Shown here one piece after another: positions 20,000-28,662 of a stretch of 64,000 nt of DNA. The notes under the pieces are model-generated. The model was not told the origin of the DNA. It worked only from the letters and a program-made list of their open reading frames with translations, and ran no database searches. This DNA comes from a bacterium (lineage in GTDB: Bacteria > Zhuqueibacterota > QNDG01 > DTFT01). The first letter of the stretch is position 1. Each line of letters starts with the position of its first letter. The DNA lies in the NCBI GenBank assembly GCA_016933415.1, contig JAFGAX010000147.1:8567-72566 (forward strand), written 5' to 3'. The translations under genes and the position numbers were made by a program.

Positions 20000-20240
20000 C
20001 ACAGGGAAAAGGGATTTGCATAACTTCGCATAAGATATATTATGTATACTTGCAATTGATCGTATGTAATTAATTCCATTGTTTTTAATTTTTATTGTAT
20101 TCCTCGCTTTTCTCCGGACCATCACTTCTCCTTTTCCGATTGTGGCATATCAGGACGTTAAAAAATTCTTTTAATATCAATCGACTCTTACAGCTAATCT
20201 TTTTTCCGATCGTTTATTTATGCTTGCTTTTACATCGGGT

Positions 20241-20269
20241 AAAAAAAAATCCCGGTCAGAAAACCGGGA
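20241..20269 (-). terminator. Rho-independent terminator of the tRNA-Arg transcript
   Basis: On the minus strand, a TCCCGG-ttttctga-CCGGGA hairpin followed by nine U residues, about 20 nt downstream of the tRNA 3' end. Confidence 0.6.
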
Positions 20270-20289
20270 TGGATTGCGCAAATATCGGG

Positions 20290-20363
<74 letters not shown>

Positions 20364-20379
20364 GTTCAGACGGCAGGGA

Positions 20380-20408
20380 AATTTAGCCAATTGACGTAGG
20401 AAAGTCAA
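20380..20408 (-). promoter_or_regulatory. Sigma-70 promoter of tRNA-Arg
   Basis: On the minus strand: TTGACT - 17 nt - TAAATT, about 17 nt upstream of the mature tRNA 5' end; same architecture as the tRNA-Val promoter. Confidence 0.5.
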
Positions 20409-20426
20409 TAGCCAATAAATGCAGCG

Positions 20427-22373
20427 CTAATGAACGCTTAAAGCCGCGACTGTCATGCCTCCTGGGGCCGCTGGCGGTGTCAACTCGAGTTCAACGTAGT
20501 CTCCTGATCGGATTTCATCTGAAACCGTCGACCCCGCATCCATCAGAGCGTCGGAAGGCAGACGGTAACGGGCTGTTCCCTCGGCAACGGATCCGTCCAG
20601 GGCCAGCGCTCCAGTGAAGACATTTCCCGGTACGGCACCGGTCAGAACGATCGTTGAAACGGTGCCATCCGCTTCGTCCATGTACAGGGGGCCTGGATTT
20701 TTGACCACGGTTTCGGATGCGGTCAATTCAACGCTTAAAACCTTTTTCAGAACCCGGAAAGACTGGATCGTGGCGTAGAGTTCCTTTTCTGTGATCGGGA
20801 TCGGGTCCGGATCGATTTGGGGGAAATAAAGCGGTTCATACTCATGGATGCCGATATCCGGATTCTGACCGGTGTACGGATAAGACACGCCGTCTCCGGC
20901 TTTCCAGGAAATGTTCCGGTCCACGGTGATCCGGTTGTTCGTGTAATCCGCAGACAGGATCCTCAGGTTCTTTTCCGCGCCGATCTGGATGATATCGCCC
21001 TGTCCGGGAATGCCGAAACCGTCCGTCAGACACCGTGCGGATTCCAACGGAACAACGGTTCCGGAGCCGGCGGAACCGATCCGGGTCAGAACGGTTCCCT
21101 GATCGATGCATCCCGATTCTTTTTTCAGCTTGAAATTGTACCGTGCGGCGTCCATGTCGATCCACTCGAGGCCGTGAAACAGTGTTTTTTGCCAGTCCAG
21201 GGGAGCGGATACGAAACCCGGGTCTCCCGTCAGGGTCGTGGGCGCGAACCTTCGTTTCCATTCCGCGAGGGACATGAATCCGAGCCAGTAGATTTCGGTT
21301 GCATTTCCGAGTTCTCCCCAGACCCAGTTGTTTTCGGCTTTGATTCCGGTCTGATTGTCCGCATCCTCGAGGATGATCGGGCAGATTTGGTCGTACCGTG
21401 CCGTTCGTTTGCGGCCGTATATGATGTTGTTCTTCAGAACCGCGTTGTGAACCCACTGATCCGTCAGGTACAGTTCCGCCATGTTCTGACAGCGGTTGGT
21501 GTCGGCCATGTTCCGGAAGAGGATGTTGTGGATCATGGCCAGGTTCCCGGTATTGTTGTTCAGAACGCCGGAGCCTCCGTTGTTGTAGAAGATATTCCGT
21601 GTCATCAGATGTAGGCCGCCGGTTCCGGCGAGGTCCCAGGTGAATCCGTTTCCGTCCCAGTAGGATCCGTTTCGTTTCTGCCAGTTCGCGTACATGACGT
21701 TCCGCCGGACGATAGAGAACCACTGAATGCCGGAATCCAGCAATTCGCGGTTGTTGATGGAGGCACCGTCCCCCCACCCGCTGTCCCCGTCCGCCTTCCA
21801 TCCGTTGTGGTGCAGAACGCAGTCCTGTATGATGATGTGATTCGATCCGACTGTATTCAGACCCGCATTTCCATTATCGTACACGATCAGATCATCCAGA
21901 AACACAAAATCCGCGTAATAGACTGAAACCCCGTCCTGCTGATACCCGTGAAAGGACAGATTCCGTATGTGAAAATGGGTTTTGGTGAACGGCGATCCAA
22001 GCTGTCCCTGAATGATGAATCCGTATTGTCCGGTTCCCGTCACGTCCGGACGGGTTCCCGGTTCACCCGTCACCGTGATCCACTTTCCGGGAGCGCCGGA
22101 ATTTGAAAATGGGATGTCGCTTTCAACATAGGTGCCGGGCAGGACGATCAGGCTGTCTCCGGCGGCCAGAATCGAAGCCGCTTTTCGAATGGTTTTCCAT
22201 GGAGTGGAACGATTCGTTGCCTGCGCATTGGTGCGGCTGTCGTTTCCTGCGGGCGAAACAAAATAGGTGGAGGCTTTCAGCGATGCCGTCCAGAGGATCA
22301 AGAACAGAATCGGAAAAACTTTCCCGCAACCGTTTCCGACCGCCACGAATCGGGGCAAATATTTCCTTTTCAT
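20427..22373 (-). CDS. Secreted right-handed parallel beta-helix (pectin-lyase-fold) protein; putative polysaccharide lyase, hydrolase or C5-epimerase
   Basis: N-terminal signal peptide (KVFPILFLILWTASLKA), many N/G/D-rich beta-helix rungs (NNGGSGVLNNNTGN, HNILFRN, NAVLKNNIIYG); 648 aa; visibly lower GC than its neighbours. Confidence 0.75.
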   Translation of the reverse strand: MKRKYLPRFVAVGNGCGKVFPILFLILWTASLKASTYFVSPAGNDSRTNAQATNRSTPWKTIRKAASILAAGDSLIVLPGTYVESDIPFSNSGAPGKWITVTGEPGTRPDVTGTGQYGFIIQGQLGSPFTKTHFHIRNLSFHGYQQDGVSVYYADFVFLDDLIVYDNGNAGLNTVGSNHIIIQDCVLHHNGWKADGDSGWGDGASINNRELLDSGIQWFSIVRRNVMYANWQKRNGSYWDGNGFTWDLAGTGGLHLMTRNIFYNNGGSGVLNNNTGNLAMIHNILFRNMADTNRCQNMAELYLTDQWVHNAVLKNNIIYGRKRTARYDQICPIILEDADNQTGIKAENNWVWGELGNATEIYWLGFMSLAEWKRRFAPTTLTGDPGFVSAPLDWQKTLFHGLEWIDMDAARYNFKLKKESGCIDQGTVLTRIGSAGSGTVVPLESARCLTDGFGIPGQGDIIQIGAEKNLRILSADYTNNRITVDRNISWKAGDGVSYPYTGQNPDIGIHEYEPLYFPQIDPDPIPITEKELYATIQSFRVLKKVLSVELTASETVVKNPGPLYMDEADGTVSTIVLTGAVPGNVFTGALALDGSVAEGTARYRLPSDALMDAGSTVSDEIRSGDYVELELTPPAAPGGMTVAALSVH

Positions 22374-22464
22374 GGCAAATACCCCTTTCGATAACCCCTT
22401 GTTTTTATGAAGATAAACTAATTACTTTTTCTTCACAATCCTATATATAGGCAAAGCAGGGGCC

Positions 22465-22503
22465 AATAAAAATCCCCGTGAAAGATTCCACTGTTTCACG
22501 GGG
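22465..22503 (-). terminator. Rho-independent terminator at the end of the exopolysaccharide operon
   Basis: Perfect 10-bp inverted repeat CCCCGTGAAA-10 nt-TTTCACGGGG, followed on the minus strand by AUUUUUAUU. Confidence 0.6.
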
Positions 22504-22526
22504 TTGATACGGTCTGTGATGACTTG

Positions 22527-23465
22527 TCAGACTGAGTTCCTGCTCCATTCGTTCAGAATGCGTTCATACGGCGCAACCCACAATCGTGTTTTCAGGGAAC
22601 CCAGAAAGCGGATGAAATCCCTGAACCGACCGAGCCGTCCGATGTCCGATGGGTCGAAATAGAGATTGACGTACGATCCCGTATCCATCGCCATTCCGAT
22701 GATTTTTTCGATGCGGCCGAAAAAGGCGTTTTCCTGCTCCGCAGGAACCGGTCCATCCGTTCTCGGAAACCGGTTGTAGGTGTCAAAGCAGGTATTCGGA
22801 TATGCCGGGTCGAATGAAAGTGGAAATTCCCATATCCCGTCCGACTCGCGGTACGGCATTCCATATCCCGGACACTGGATGGAAATCCTGGAGCTGGAGT
22901 ACCGGTAGCCGATTCCGGCCAGGACGGAGTATACGTCCCTTGTGTGGGAATCCCCGAAATGAGGCGTTCGGAAACCCGACGGCCGGTAATTCAGCCTGAC
23001 GCGGATGATCCGGTCCGCCATTTCGATTTCCTCTCGTCTGGCGCCGGGCGTGATTTCGTTGAAACGTTCGTCCGGATGGAAGCGGCTGTTGCTGGGATGC
23101 GTATAGGTGTGGTTGACCAGTTCGTGGCCGCGACGGATCAATTCGAGATGACTGTCCGGATCCAGTTCCACCCATTTGGCGATGCAGGCGAACGAGGCGC
23201 TCAGCCCCTCCCCTGCCAGCGCGTCCAGCAGTTCCGGCATCGCCCGGTAATCGGCCTCATGGTCGCAGTCGAAAGACAGGGTTAAACACGCGCTCTTTCC
23301 GGGCCAGAGAGCGGGCTTCCCACGGTTGTGAGAATAAAAAGCCGATGCGAATCCATCGGACCAGACGCGTCCGATGATCCGGCGGAGTGCTTTCGCGGCG
23401 AGCCCCGGCCTGTCTTTCCGGAAAGCGGAGGCCGCGAGATCGGCCAGCGCCAATCGGGTATTCAA
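22527..23465 (-). CDS. Polysaccharide deacetylase (NodB/CE4 family)
   Basis: CE4 motifs LTLSFDCDHE and HELVNHTYTHP; 312 aa. Confidence 0.75.
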   Translation of the reverse strand: MNTRLALADLAASAFRKDRPGLAAKALRRIIGRVWSDGFASAFYSHNRGKPALWPGKSACLTLSFDCDHEADYRAMPELLDALAGEGLSASFACIAKWVELDPDSHLELIRRGHELVNHTYTHPSNSRFHPDERFNEITPGARREEIEMADRIIRVRLNYRPSGFRTPHFGDSHTRDVYSVLAGIGYRYSSSRISIQCPGYGMPYRESDGIWEFPLSFDPAYPNTCFDTYNRFPRTDGPVPAEQENAFFGRIEKIIGMAMDTGSYVNLYFDPSDIGRLGRFRDFIRFLGSLKTRLWVAPYERILNEWSRNSV

Positions 23466-24358
23466 CGCAATTTCCTTTCTTTTGCGAAGGACCGGATCCC
23501 CCGGATCAGGGTTTCCGTCCCGTTGTCCGGCAGCAGACGGACCATTTCTCCCCCCGCTTCCCTCAGAACCTGAAGATCGGTCGCGAGAATGGGCAAGCCC
23601 ATCGCTGCGGCTTCCGCGAACTTGATCGGCGTTACATGTTCCGTCACCGTGTTCCTGGGCCTCGGCACAACGACCGCATCGGTGCGGTCGGCCAGAATCC
23701 GGATCATTTCCGTATGGGGAACGCTTTCATGAAAACGGACGTTTTTCGTGTCCGTGCCCGGGATGCCGTAGCAGTGCAGCCGCAGGTACGGATCGGATTC
23801 GAGCCGGGCAAAAGCGTCGATCAGGTTCCGGAATCCCTGCCAGGGCTTTTCAGACCCCATGTAAACAAAATGAATTCGTCCGTCCATCCGGTTCTTCCGT
23901 CGGGCCGCCGGAAGACATACGGGAATGGGCAGTACGAACATCCGCCAATCCGGAAACCGGAACCGGGTTTTCAGATAGCGGGCCATGGACACGCTGAGCA
24001 CCCGGACCACGGCTGTCTTCAGCGCGAGCCGAAAGGTCCAGCGGGAAAGCATGATGCGCAGGCGCGATCGTCCTGCCATTTCCAGCTCGAGCCAGGGAAA
24101 GGAGGCCAGATCGAAGACGGTTGGTTTACGGATCCACGCGCAGAAGGGGATCCAGCGCAGAAACAGCCTTTCGGAACGGATCCAGACGACATCCGCGCTC
24201 CGCAGGTCGCGGAGTCGCGCGTGCCCGGTGAGTCGCACGCGGTTCCAGCGCCCGAGAAAGTCATGCAGGTATTGCACGTGAATGGTGTGCCCGCAGATCC
24301 GGCCGGGGTCATGATCCGAAAGAATCAGGATGTTCAGGTTTCGGAACGGCGGGTTCAT
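23462..24358 (-). CDS. Glycosyltransferase, group 1 (GT-B, GT4-like)
   Basis: C-terminal donor-binding pattern (VYMGSE...PIKFAEAAAMGLPILATD); 298 aa; start overlaps the upstream gene (ATGA). Confidence 0.7.
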   Translation of the reverse strand: MNPPFRNLNILILSDHDPGRICGHTIHVQYLHDFLGRWNRVRLTGHARLRDLRSADVVWIRSERLFLRWIPFCAWIRKPTVFDLASFPWLELEMAGRSRLRIMLSRWTFRLALKTAVVRVLSVSMARYLKTRFRFPDWRMFVLPIPVCLPAARRKNRMDGRIHFVYMGSEKPWQGFRNLIDAFARLESDPYLRLHCYGIPGTDTKNVRFHESVPHTEMIRILADRTDAVVVPRPRNTVTEHVTPIKFAEAAAMGLPILATDLQVLREAGGEMVRLLPDNGTETLIRGIRSFAKERKLR

Positions 24359-25731
24359 CCGGACTCCGATCCGCCGGTGGGAATTTCGGAGATGAACATC
24401 CGGTGCTTGCCGCTGGCGTCAGGCGGGATGGAATCGCGAAACCGCACGTTCAGCCGCACCAGGCCGTCGAAGTCCTCCTCAAAGGCTTTGCGGAAATAGG
24501 ATTCCACATCCGCCTGATCCTCCGTACGGCAGACCACCTCCACCTCAAAGAGGTCCAGCCTCTTCTGGATGATCCGGTACTGCCTGATTTTTCTGCCGAT
24601 TTCAAAAAAGCTGTACTGGCCCATATGACAGAAGAGAACGGGAGAAACCTGCGATCCGTCGGGAAGACGCACCATTTCTGAGTCCCGTCCGATGTCAACG
24701 CGAATCCGGGAGAGCGCCGATCCGCAGGCGCAGGGCTCAGGATCCGGACGCACCAGGTCTCCGATCTCGTACCGCAGCAGCGGTGTCGCGCGGTTGTTCA
24801 GTTCGGTCAGAATCAGCCGTTTGGGGCCATCCGGACCGGCCTGAGGCAGATCGGCGAATTCTGCAATGAGGTTCTCCTCCATCAGATGCATGCCGCCGGA
24901 AGGACATTGAAAAGCGATGATGCCGACTTCGCTGGCGCCGTATTCGTCGATCACGGGACACCGGAAGGCCGATTCCAGAAAACGACGCTGATCATCATAG
25001 AGGCGTTCGGATGTGGTGCAGACGGCGCGGAAGCCGAGTTCAGCGGGGTGTCGTCCGCTTTCCTCGAAGAGCCGGGCGATACCGAGAATGGAACTGACAT
25101 AGCCGCGCACGTACGCGCCCCGGTGCTTCCGGAAGAGTTTCCAGGTTTCGGCGGCGGAGGCGTCCGTCAGCCGCATGGCCGAGAAGCGAAAGCGGTTTTC
25201 GATCCAACTCATTCGGATGTTCCGCATCAGAGACCGTTGAAGATGATACGTCCCCCATATCTCCAGAACAGGCGAGCCGATGTCCCACCCCCACCACCGG
25301 CGGCTCCGGAACAGGGCGGCCATGCGGAAGCTTTCGGCTTCCGTGTCCGCGCAAAGCACCTTGGGATCGCCTGTCGAGCCGCTGGACTGGTGGCAGTACG
25401 TTCTCGGAAAGAGCCCCGGCTGACTGATGACTTCCCTGTTTTCCCGCAGGAGGGATTTGGTGAGAACCGGCAGGCGGGACAGATCAGCCAAGGATTGGAA
25501 GGAATCAGCGGTGAGGCCGTTCCTTTCCAGCATTTCACGGTAATAGGGCGTACGGGCGCCGCAGTCCGTGATGAGGGAGCGGAGTTTCCGGAGCTGGAGG
25601 TCCTGGATTTCCGAAGGTGTCCGGTTTCGGCCGGCTTCCAGTGCATGCAGTTTGGACCGTATCGTCAGGCCCCGCGATTTCTCGTACAGCGGGTATGAAA
25701 CGGTCCGGATGAACCGTTCCTTCCAATTCAT
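24355..25731 (-). CDS. CapK / PaaK-like adenylate-forming enzyme (phenylacetate-CoA ligase / coenzyme F390 synthetase family)
   Basis: AMP-binding core (YCHQSSGSTGDPKVL...), PaaK-type C-terminal domain; 458 aa. Confidence 0.75.
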   Translation of the reverse strand: MNWKERFIRTVSYPLYEKSRGLTIRSKLHALEAGRNRTPSEIQDLQLRKLRSLITDCGARTPYYREMLERNGLTADSFQSLADLSRLPVLTKSLLRENREVISQPGLFPRTYCHQSSGSTGDPKVLCADTEAESFRMAALFRSRRWWGWDIGSPVLEIWGTYHLQRSLMRNIRMSWIENRFRFSAMRLTDASAAETWKLFRKHRGAYVRGYVSSILGIARLFEESGRHPAELGFRAVCTTSERLYDDQRRFLESAFRCPVIDEYGASEVGIIAFQCPSGGMHLMEENLIAEFADLPQAGPDGPKRLILTELNNRATPLLRYEIGDLVRPDPEPCACGSALSRIRVDIGRDSEMVRLPDGSQVSPVLFCHMGQYSFFEIGRKIRQYRIIQKRLDLFEVEVVCRTEDQADVESYFRKAFEEDFDGLVRLNVRFRDSIPPDASGKHRMFISEIPTGGSESG

Positions 25732-27158
25732 GCCGTATTCCCCCTTCGGCTGAGCAGTTCCCGGAACATGCGGATTTCACCCTTACCGAAAGTCCGGATC
25801 GCGAATAGCATTGAAACATACGCCAGTCCGTATGCGGGAAGAAGAACGGCCGGCGATTGATGACGGAAAGGAAGGAGCGCGGCCCCCAGGATTCCCGCAC
25901 AGATCATTGCCTTGGCGAGGATTCTCACCGGATGGACACCCGGTATCCGGGATGTCAGTGCTCCGGCGGAAAGCAGTGTGATCAGCGCCTGGGACCCGGC
26001 GCTTGCGGCGCAGAGGCCGATGCCGCCTGTAGCCGGTATCAGCAGGAGGCCAAGAACGACGTTGAAGGCGGTGCCGAAAGCCTGAAACCGGACGAAAATC
26101 GATTCTCGGTCCATGGCCGAGAAGGCGATCATGAAAGCCTGGTTGAGGAAGGCGAATACGAGCATCCAGAGGAGAATTCGGAGCATCGGGACCGATTGGC
26201 CGAATGAGGATCCGTACAGGAGCCGGATGATCGGACCGGCAAGAACGGAGAAGCTGACCGCGATCGGGATGACAAGGATGAATAAAAATTTCAGGGATTT
26301 CTCATAACTCAGGCGGAATGAGGCGTCGTCTCCCGATTCCCTGAATTTGGCCATGGCCGGCAGTACGGCGCTGGTGAAAGCCATGGGCAGAAAAGTCAGA
26401 ACACCGCAGATCCGGAGAGCCGCGGAAAAATACCCGGTTTCGGACTCACCCTTGAAGAAGGTGAGCAGAATCGTTCCGATCTGGGTATTGACCGTCACGA
26501 TAATCCCGAGCGCGGCGAAGGGAAGAGCGGAGCGGAACAGGCCGGCATAGAACGCGGTTTGTCCGGTGAAAACCGGCTGGCTATAGCGACGGACGAGGAT
26601 CCGGATGCCTGCAGCGAAAAACACCGCATAGAGCGCGAGGCGGACGGCCAGCATCGGCAGAAGACCGTACCCCATCCAAATGACGGCTACGCCGGTGATC
26701 GAAACGGACAAATTGAGGCCGATCTTGTTGAACACCTCATGAACGGCGTTCTGATGGGCCCTGTAAATCGCGTAGAAAATATCGAGGATGGAGGAAAATA
26801 CAAGAATGCCGGCGCAGATGAGGACAACGGCGCTCTTTTCCGGGCCGGTGCCCATCAGCAGCAGGGTGATCCAGACCGCGGCCAGAACCGCCGCGCCCAG
26901 AAGGGTTTCCAGCACGAGCAGGCCGCCGAGCACCGGTCCAGTCCGTTCCGGATGCTTTGCCAGATCCCTCGCAATCATGGTGCGGAACCCGAAACGCGTG
27001 ATGAATCCGAAAAGTTCGGTGAAGGACAGAGCGAAGGCCAGAAGGCCGAGTTTCTCCGCTCCGAGTCTTCGCGCGATCAGAATGGTCAGGAGCGCCCCGA
27101 GCGCGCGCGTGACGACTTCCGCGGAAACGAGAAGGGTCGTGTTCCGCGCGATGACCAT
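25728..27158 (-). CDS. Wzx-type oligosaccharide flippase (MOP superfamily polysaccharide biosynthesis protein)
   Basis: Twelve or more hydrophobic segments with the MOP N-terminal motif (MVIARNTTLLVSAEVVTRALGALLTILIARRLGAEKLG). Start placed at the internal ATG at 27158, just past the Wzy stop, not at the ORF-track start 27281. Confidence 0.75.
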   Translation of the reverse strand: MVIARNTTLLVSAEVVTRALGALLTILIARRLGAEKLGLLAFALSFTELFGFITRFGFRTMIARDLAKHPERTGPVLGGLLVLETLLGAAVLAAVWITLLLMGTGPEKSAVVLICAGILVFSSILDIFYAIYRAHQNAVHEVFNKIGLNLSVSITGVAVIWMGYGLLPMLAVRLALYAVFFAAGIRILVRRYSQPVFTGQTAFYAGLFRSALPFAALGIIVTVNTQIGTILLTFFKGESETGYFSAALRICGVLTFLPMAFTSAVLPAMAKFRESGDDASFRLSYEKSLKFLFILVIPIAVSFSVLAGPIIRLLYGSSFGQSVPMLRILLWMLVFAFLNQAFMIAFSAMDRESIFVRFQAFGTAFNVVLGLLLIPATGGIGLCAASAGSQALITLLSAGALTSRIPGVHPVRILAKAMICAGILGAALLPFRHQSPAVLLPAYGLAYVSMLFAIRTFGKGEIRMFRELLSRRGNTA

Positions 27159-27159
27159 T

Positions 27160-28662
27160 CTATCGGAGACCAATCCGGCCTCCTTCCCCGCCGTGGGTGG
27201 ATGCCTGTGTTTCAGGCCGGCCGGACAGGGCGATGATCGCCGCGGCAAAGATCCAGAAAACGAGAAACGCCTCGGAATCAATGGTCGCGTTGTTGACGGT
27301 ATGATGGATCAGGAGTCCGGTCACCCCGCTGATGCACCCGATCAGGAGCTGTTTGGATCGGTCCGGCAAAGGTGAGGAGAGGGAGGACAGCGTCCGGATA
27401 TACAGGCCGGCAATGAAAGCGAGGAACGCGGCGAGCCCCGGAAGCCCGATCTCGGCCGCCAGCTGGAGGTACACGTTGTGAACCGGATGAAAGAATTCGA
27501 GCGTCAGGCCGGTCGGGTCGAAGGGGGCCATGGACAGGGTGTAATTGTTCAGGCCGACCCCCAGCCACGGGAATTCCCGGATCATGCCCAGGGCGATCTG
27601 CATCATGGGTATTCTCGACTGGGCGGATCCGTAATCCTCGCCCGTGAACCGCAGAAGGATGAAGTCGCGGAGCGCCCAGAGGACCGTTGAAATGACGGCG
27701 AGCACGATCAGCCCCCGGAACAGTGCCCGGCTCCGGTTTTCGGCGATACGCCAGTGCAGGAGGGCGAAAACCAGAAGACCCCCGGCAAAGCCGATCCATC
27801 CGCCGCGGCTGAACGTGAAGACGAGCAGCATCGTGCCCGCGAGAACGGCCGCCAGCAGCAGGAGCCGCGGGATCGCCCGCTTCAGCGAGGACCACCAGCC
27901 CATGAACAGAAGCAGCATCATGAGGAGATAACTTGAAAACCGGTCGGACCCATCAAGGGTGCCGGACACGCTGATCATGGATCGATCGCCGATGCGACGG
28001 ACACTGTTCGTTGTGGCGTTTGTCAGGATGCCGAGGTGCACATCCCGGTTGAGGGTGTACTGGATGGTTCCAACCGCCAGTTCGAAAAGAAAAACGATCA
28101 GCAGAACCGACAGGGCGGTCGTGACGGCCCCCCGGTCCCGGAAGGCGTCCGCCAGAACGAAAAAAAGCAGAAGCGCCTTGGAGAGTTCCAGAAGCTGGTA
28201 CAGGCCGAGACGCGGACTGAACGCCTGGGTGAGCGAAAATGCCGAAAAAACGAAAAGCAGCAGAAGCGAAACCCAGGCCCACATCGGGGGTCCCTGCCGT
28301 CCGGACCGTATTCCCGGGAAGGCGGTTGGACGGAGCGCCATGAAACCCAGCAATACGATGTTCCAGAAGGCCAGGATGAGACCCTTGGCGCCGCCGGAAT
28401 GATCCGGGTTCAGGAAAAAGGTCTTGTCGATGTTGATGATCAGCGATGCGATGAGAAGCGAAAGGACGGCGGTGCCGGCTTTTCTGTACGCCACAGCCGC
28501 CAGACCGCCTCCTGCTACCAGAAGACCGCCCAGGATGAGCGTCGGAGGCAGTGCGAGAAACCGCATGGATGCGATGCCGGCCAGAATACCGGCCGCAAAT
28601 CCGGGCAGGAGTATGCGGAAAAAACGGTCGCGTGATCCGCTGATCGGTTCCCGTGCGATCAT
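27160..28662 (-). CDS. Wzy-type polymerase / O-antigen ligase family membrane protein
   Basis: Polytopic membrane protein with an O-antigen-ligase-like central loop; start chosen at the ATG at 28662, forming an ATGA overlap with the upstream gene. Confidence 0.65.
   Translation of the reverse strand: MIAREPISGSRDRFFRILLPGFAAGILAGIASMRFLALPPTLILGGLLVAGGGLAAVAYRKAGTAVLSLLIASLIINIDKTFFLNPDHSGGAKGLILAFWNIVLLGFMALRPTAFPGIRSGRQGPPMWAWVSLLLLFVFSAFSLTQAFSPRLGLYQLLELSKALLLFFVLADAFRDRGAVTTALSVLLIVFLFELAVGTIQYTLNRDVHLGILTNATTNSVRRIGDRSMISVSGTLDGSDRFSSYLLMMLLLFMGWWSSLKRAIPRLLLLAAVLAGTMLLVFTFSRGGWIGFAGGLLVFALLHWRIAENRSRALFRGLIVLAVISTVLWALRDFILLRFTGEDYGSAQSRIPMMQIALGMIREFPWLGVGLNNYTLSMAPFDPTGLTLEFFHPVHNVYLQLAAEIGLPGLAAFLAFIAGLYIRTLSSLSSPLPDRSKQLLIGCISGVTGLLIHHTVNNATIDSEAFLVFWIFAAAIIALSGRPETQASTHGGEGGRIGLR

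Noticed and set aside
23462-24358. Short (298 aa) group-1 glycosyltransferase considered as a 5'-truncated pseudogene
   Set aside because: The reading frame is intact, and ATGA-coupled to both neighbours. Its N-terminal half still shows Rossmann-like alternation. A compact GT-B without an extended acceptor domain is plausible, so it is kept as a CDS.
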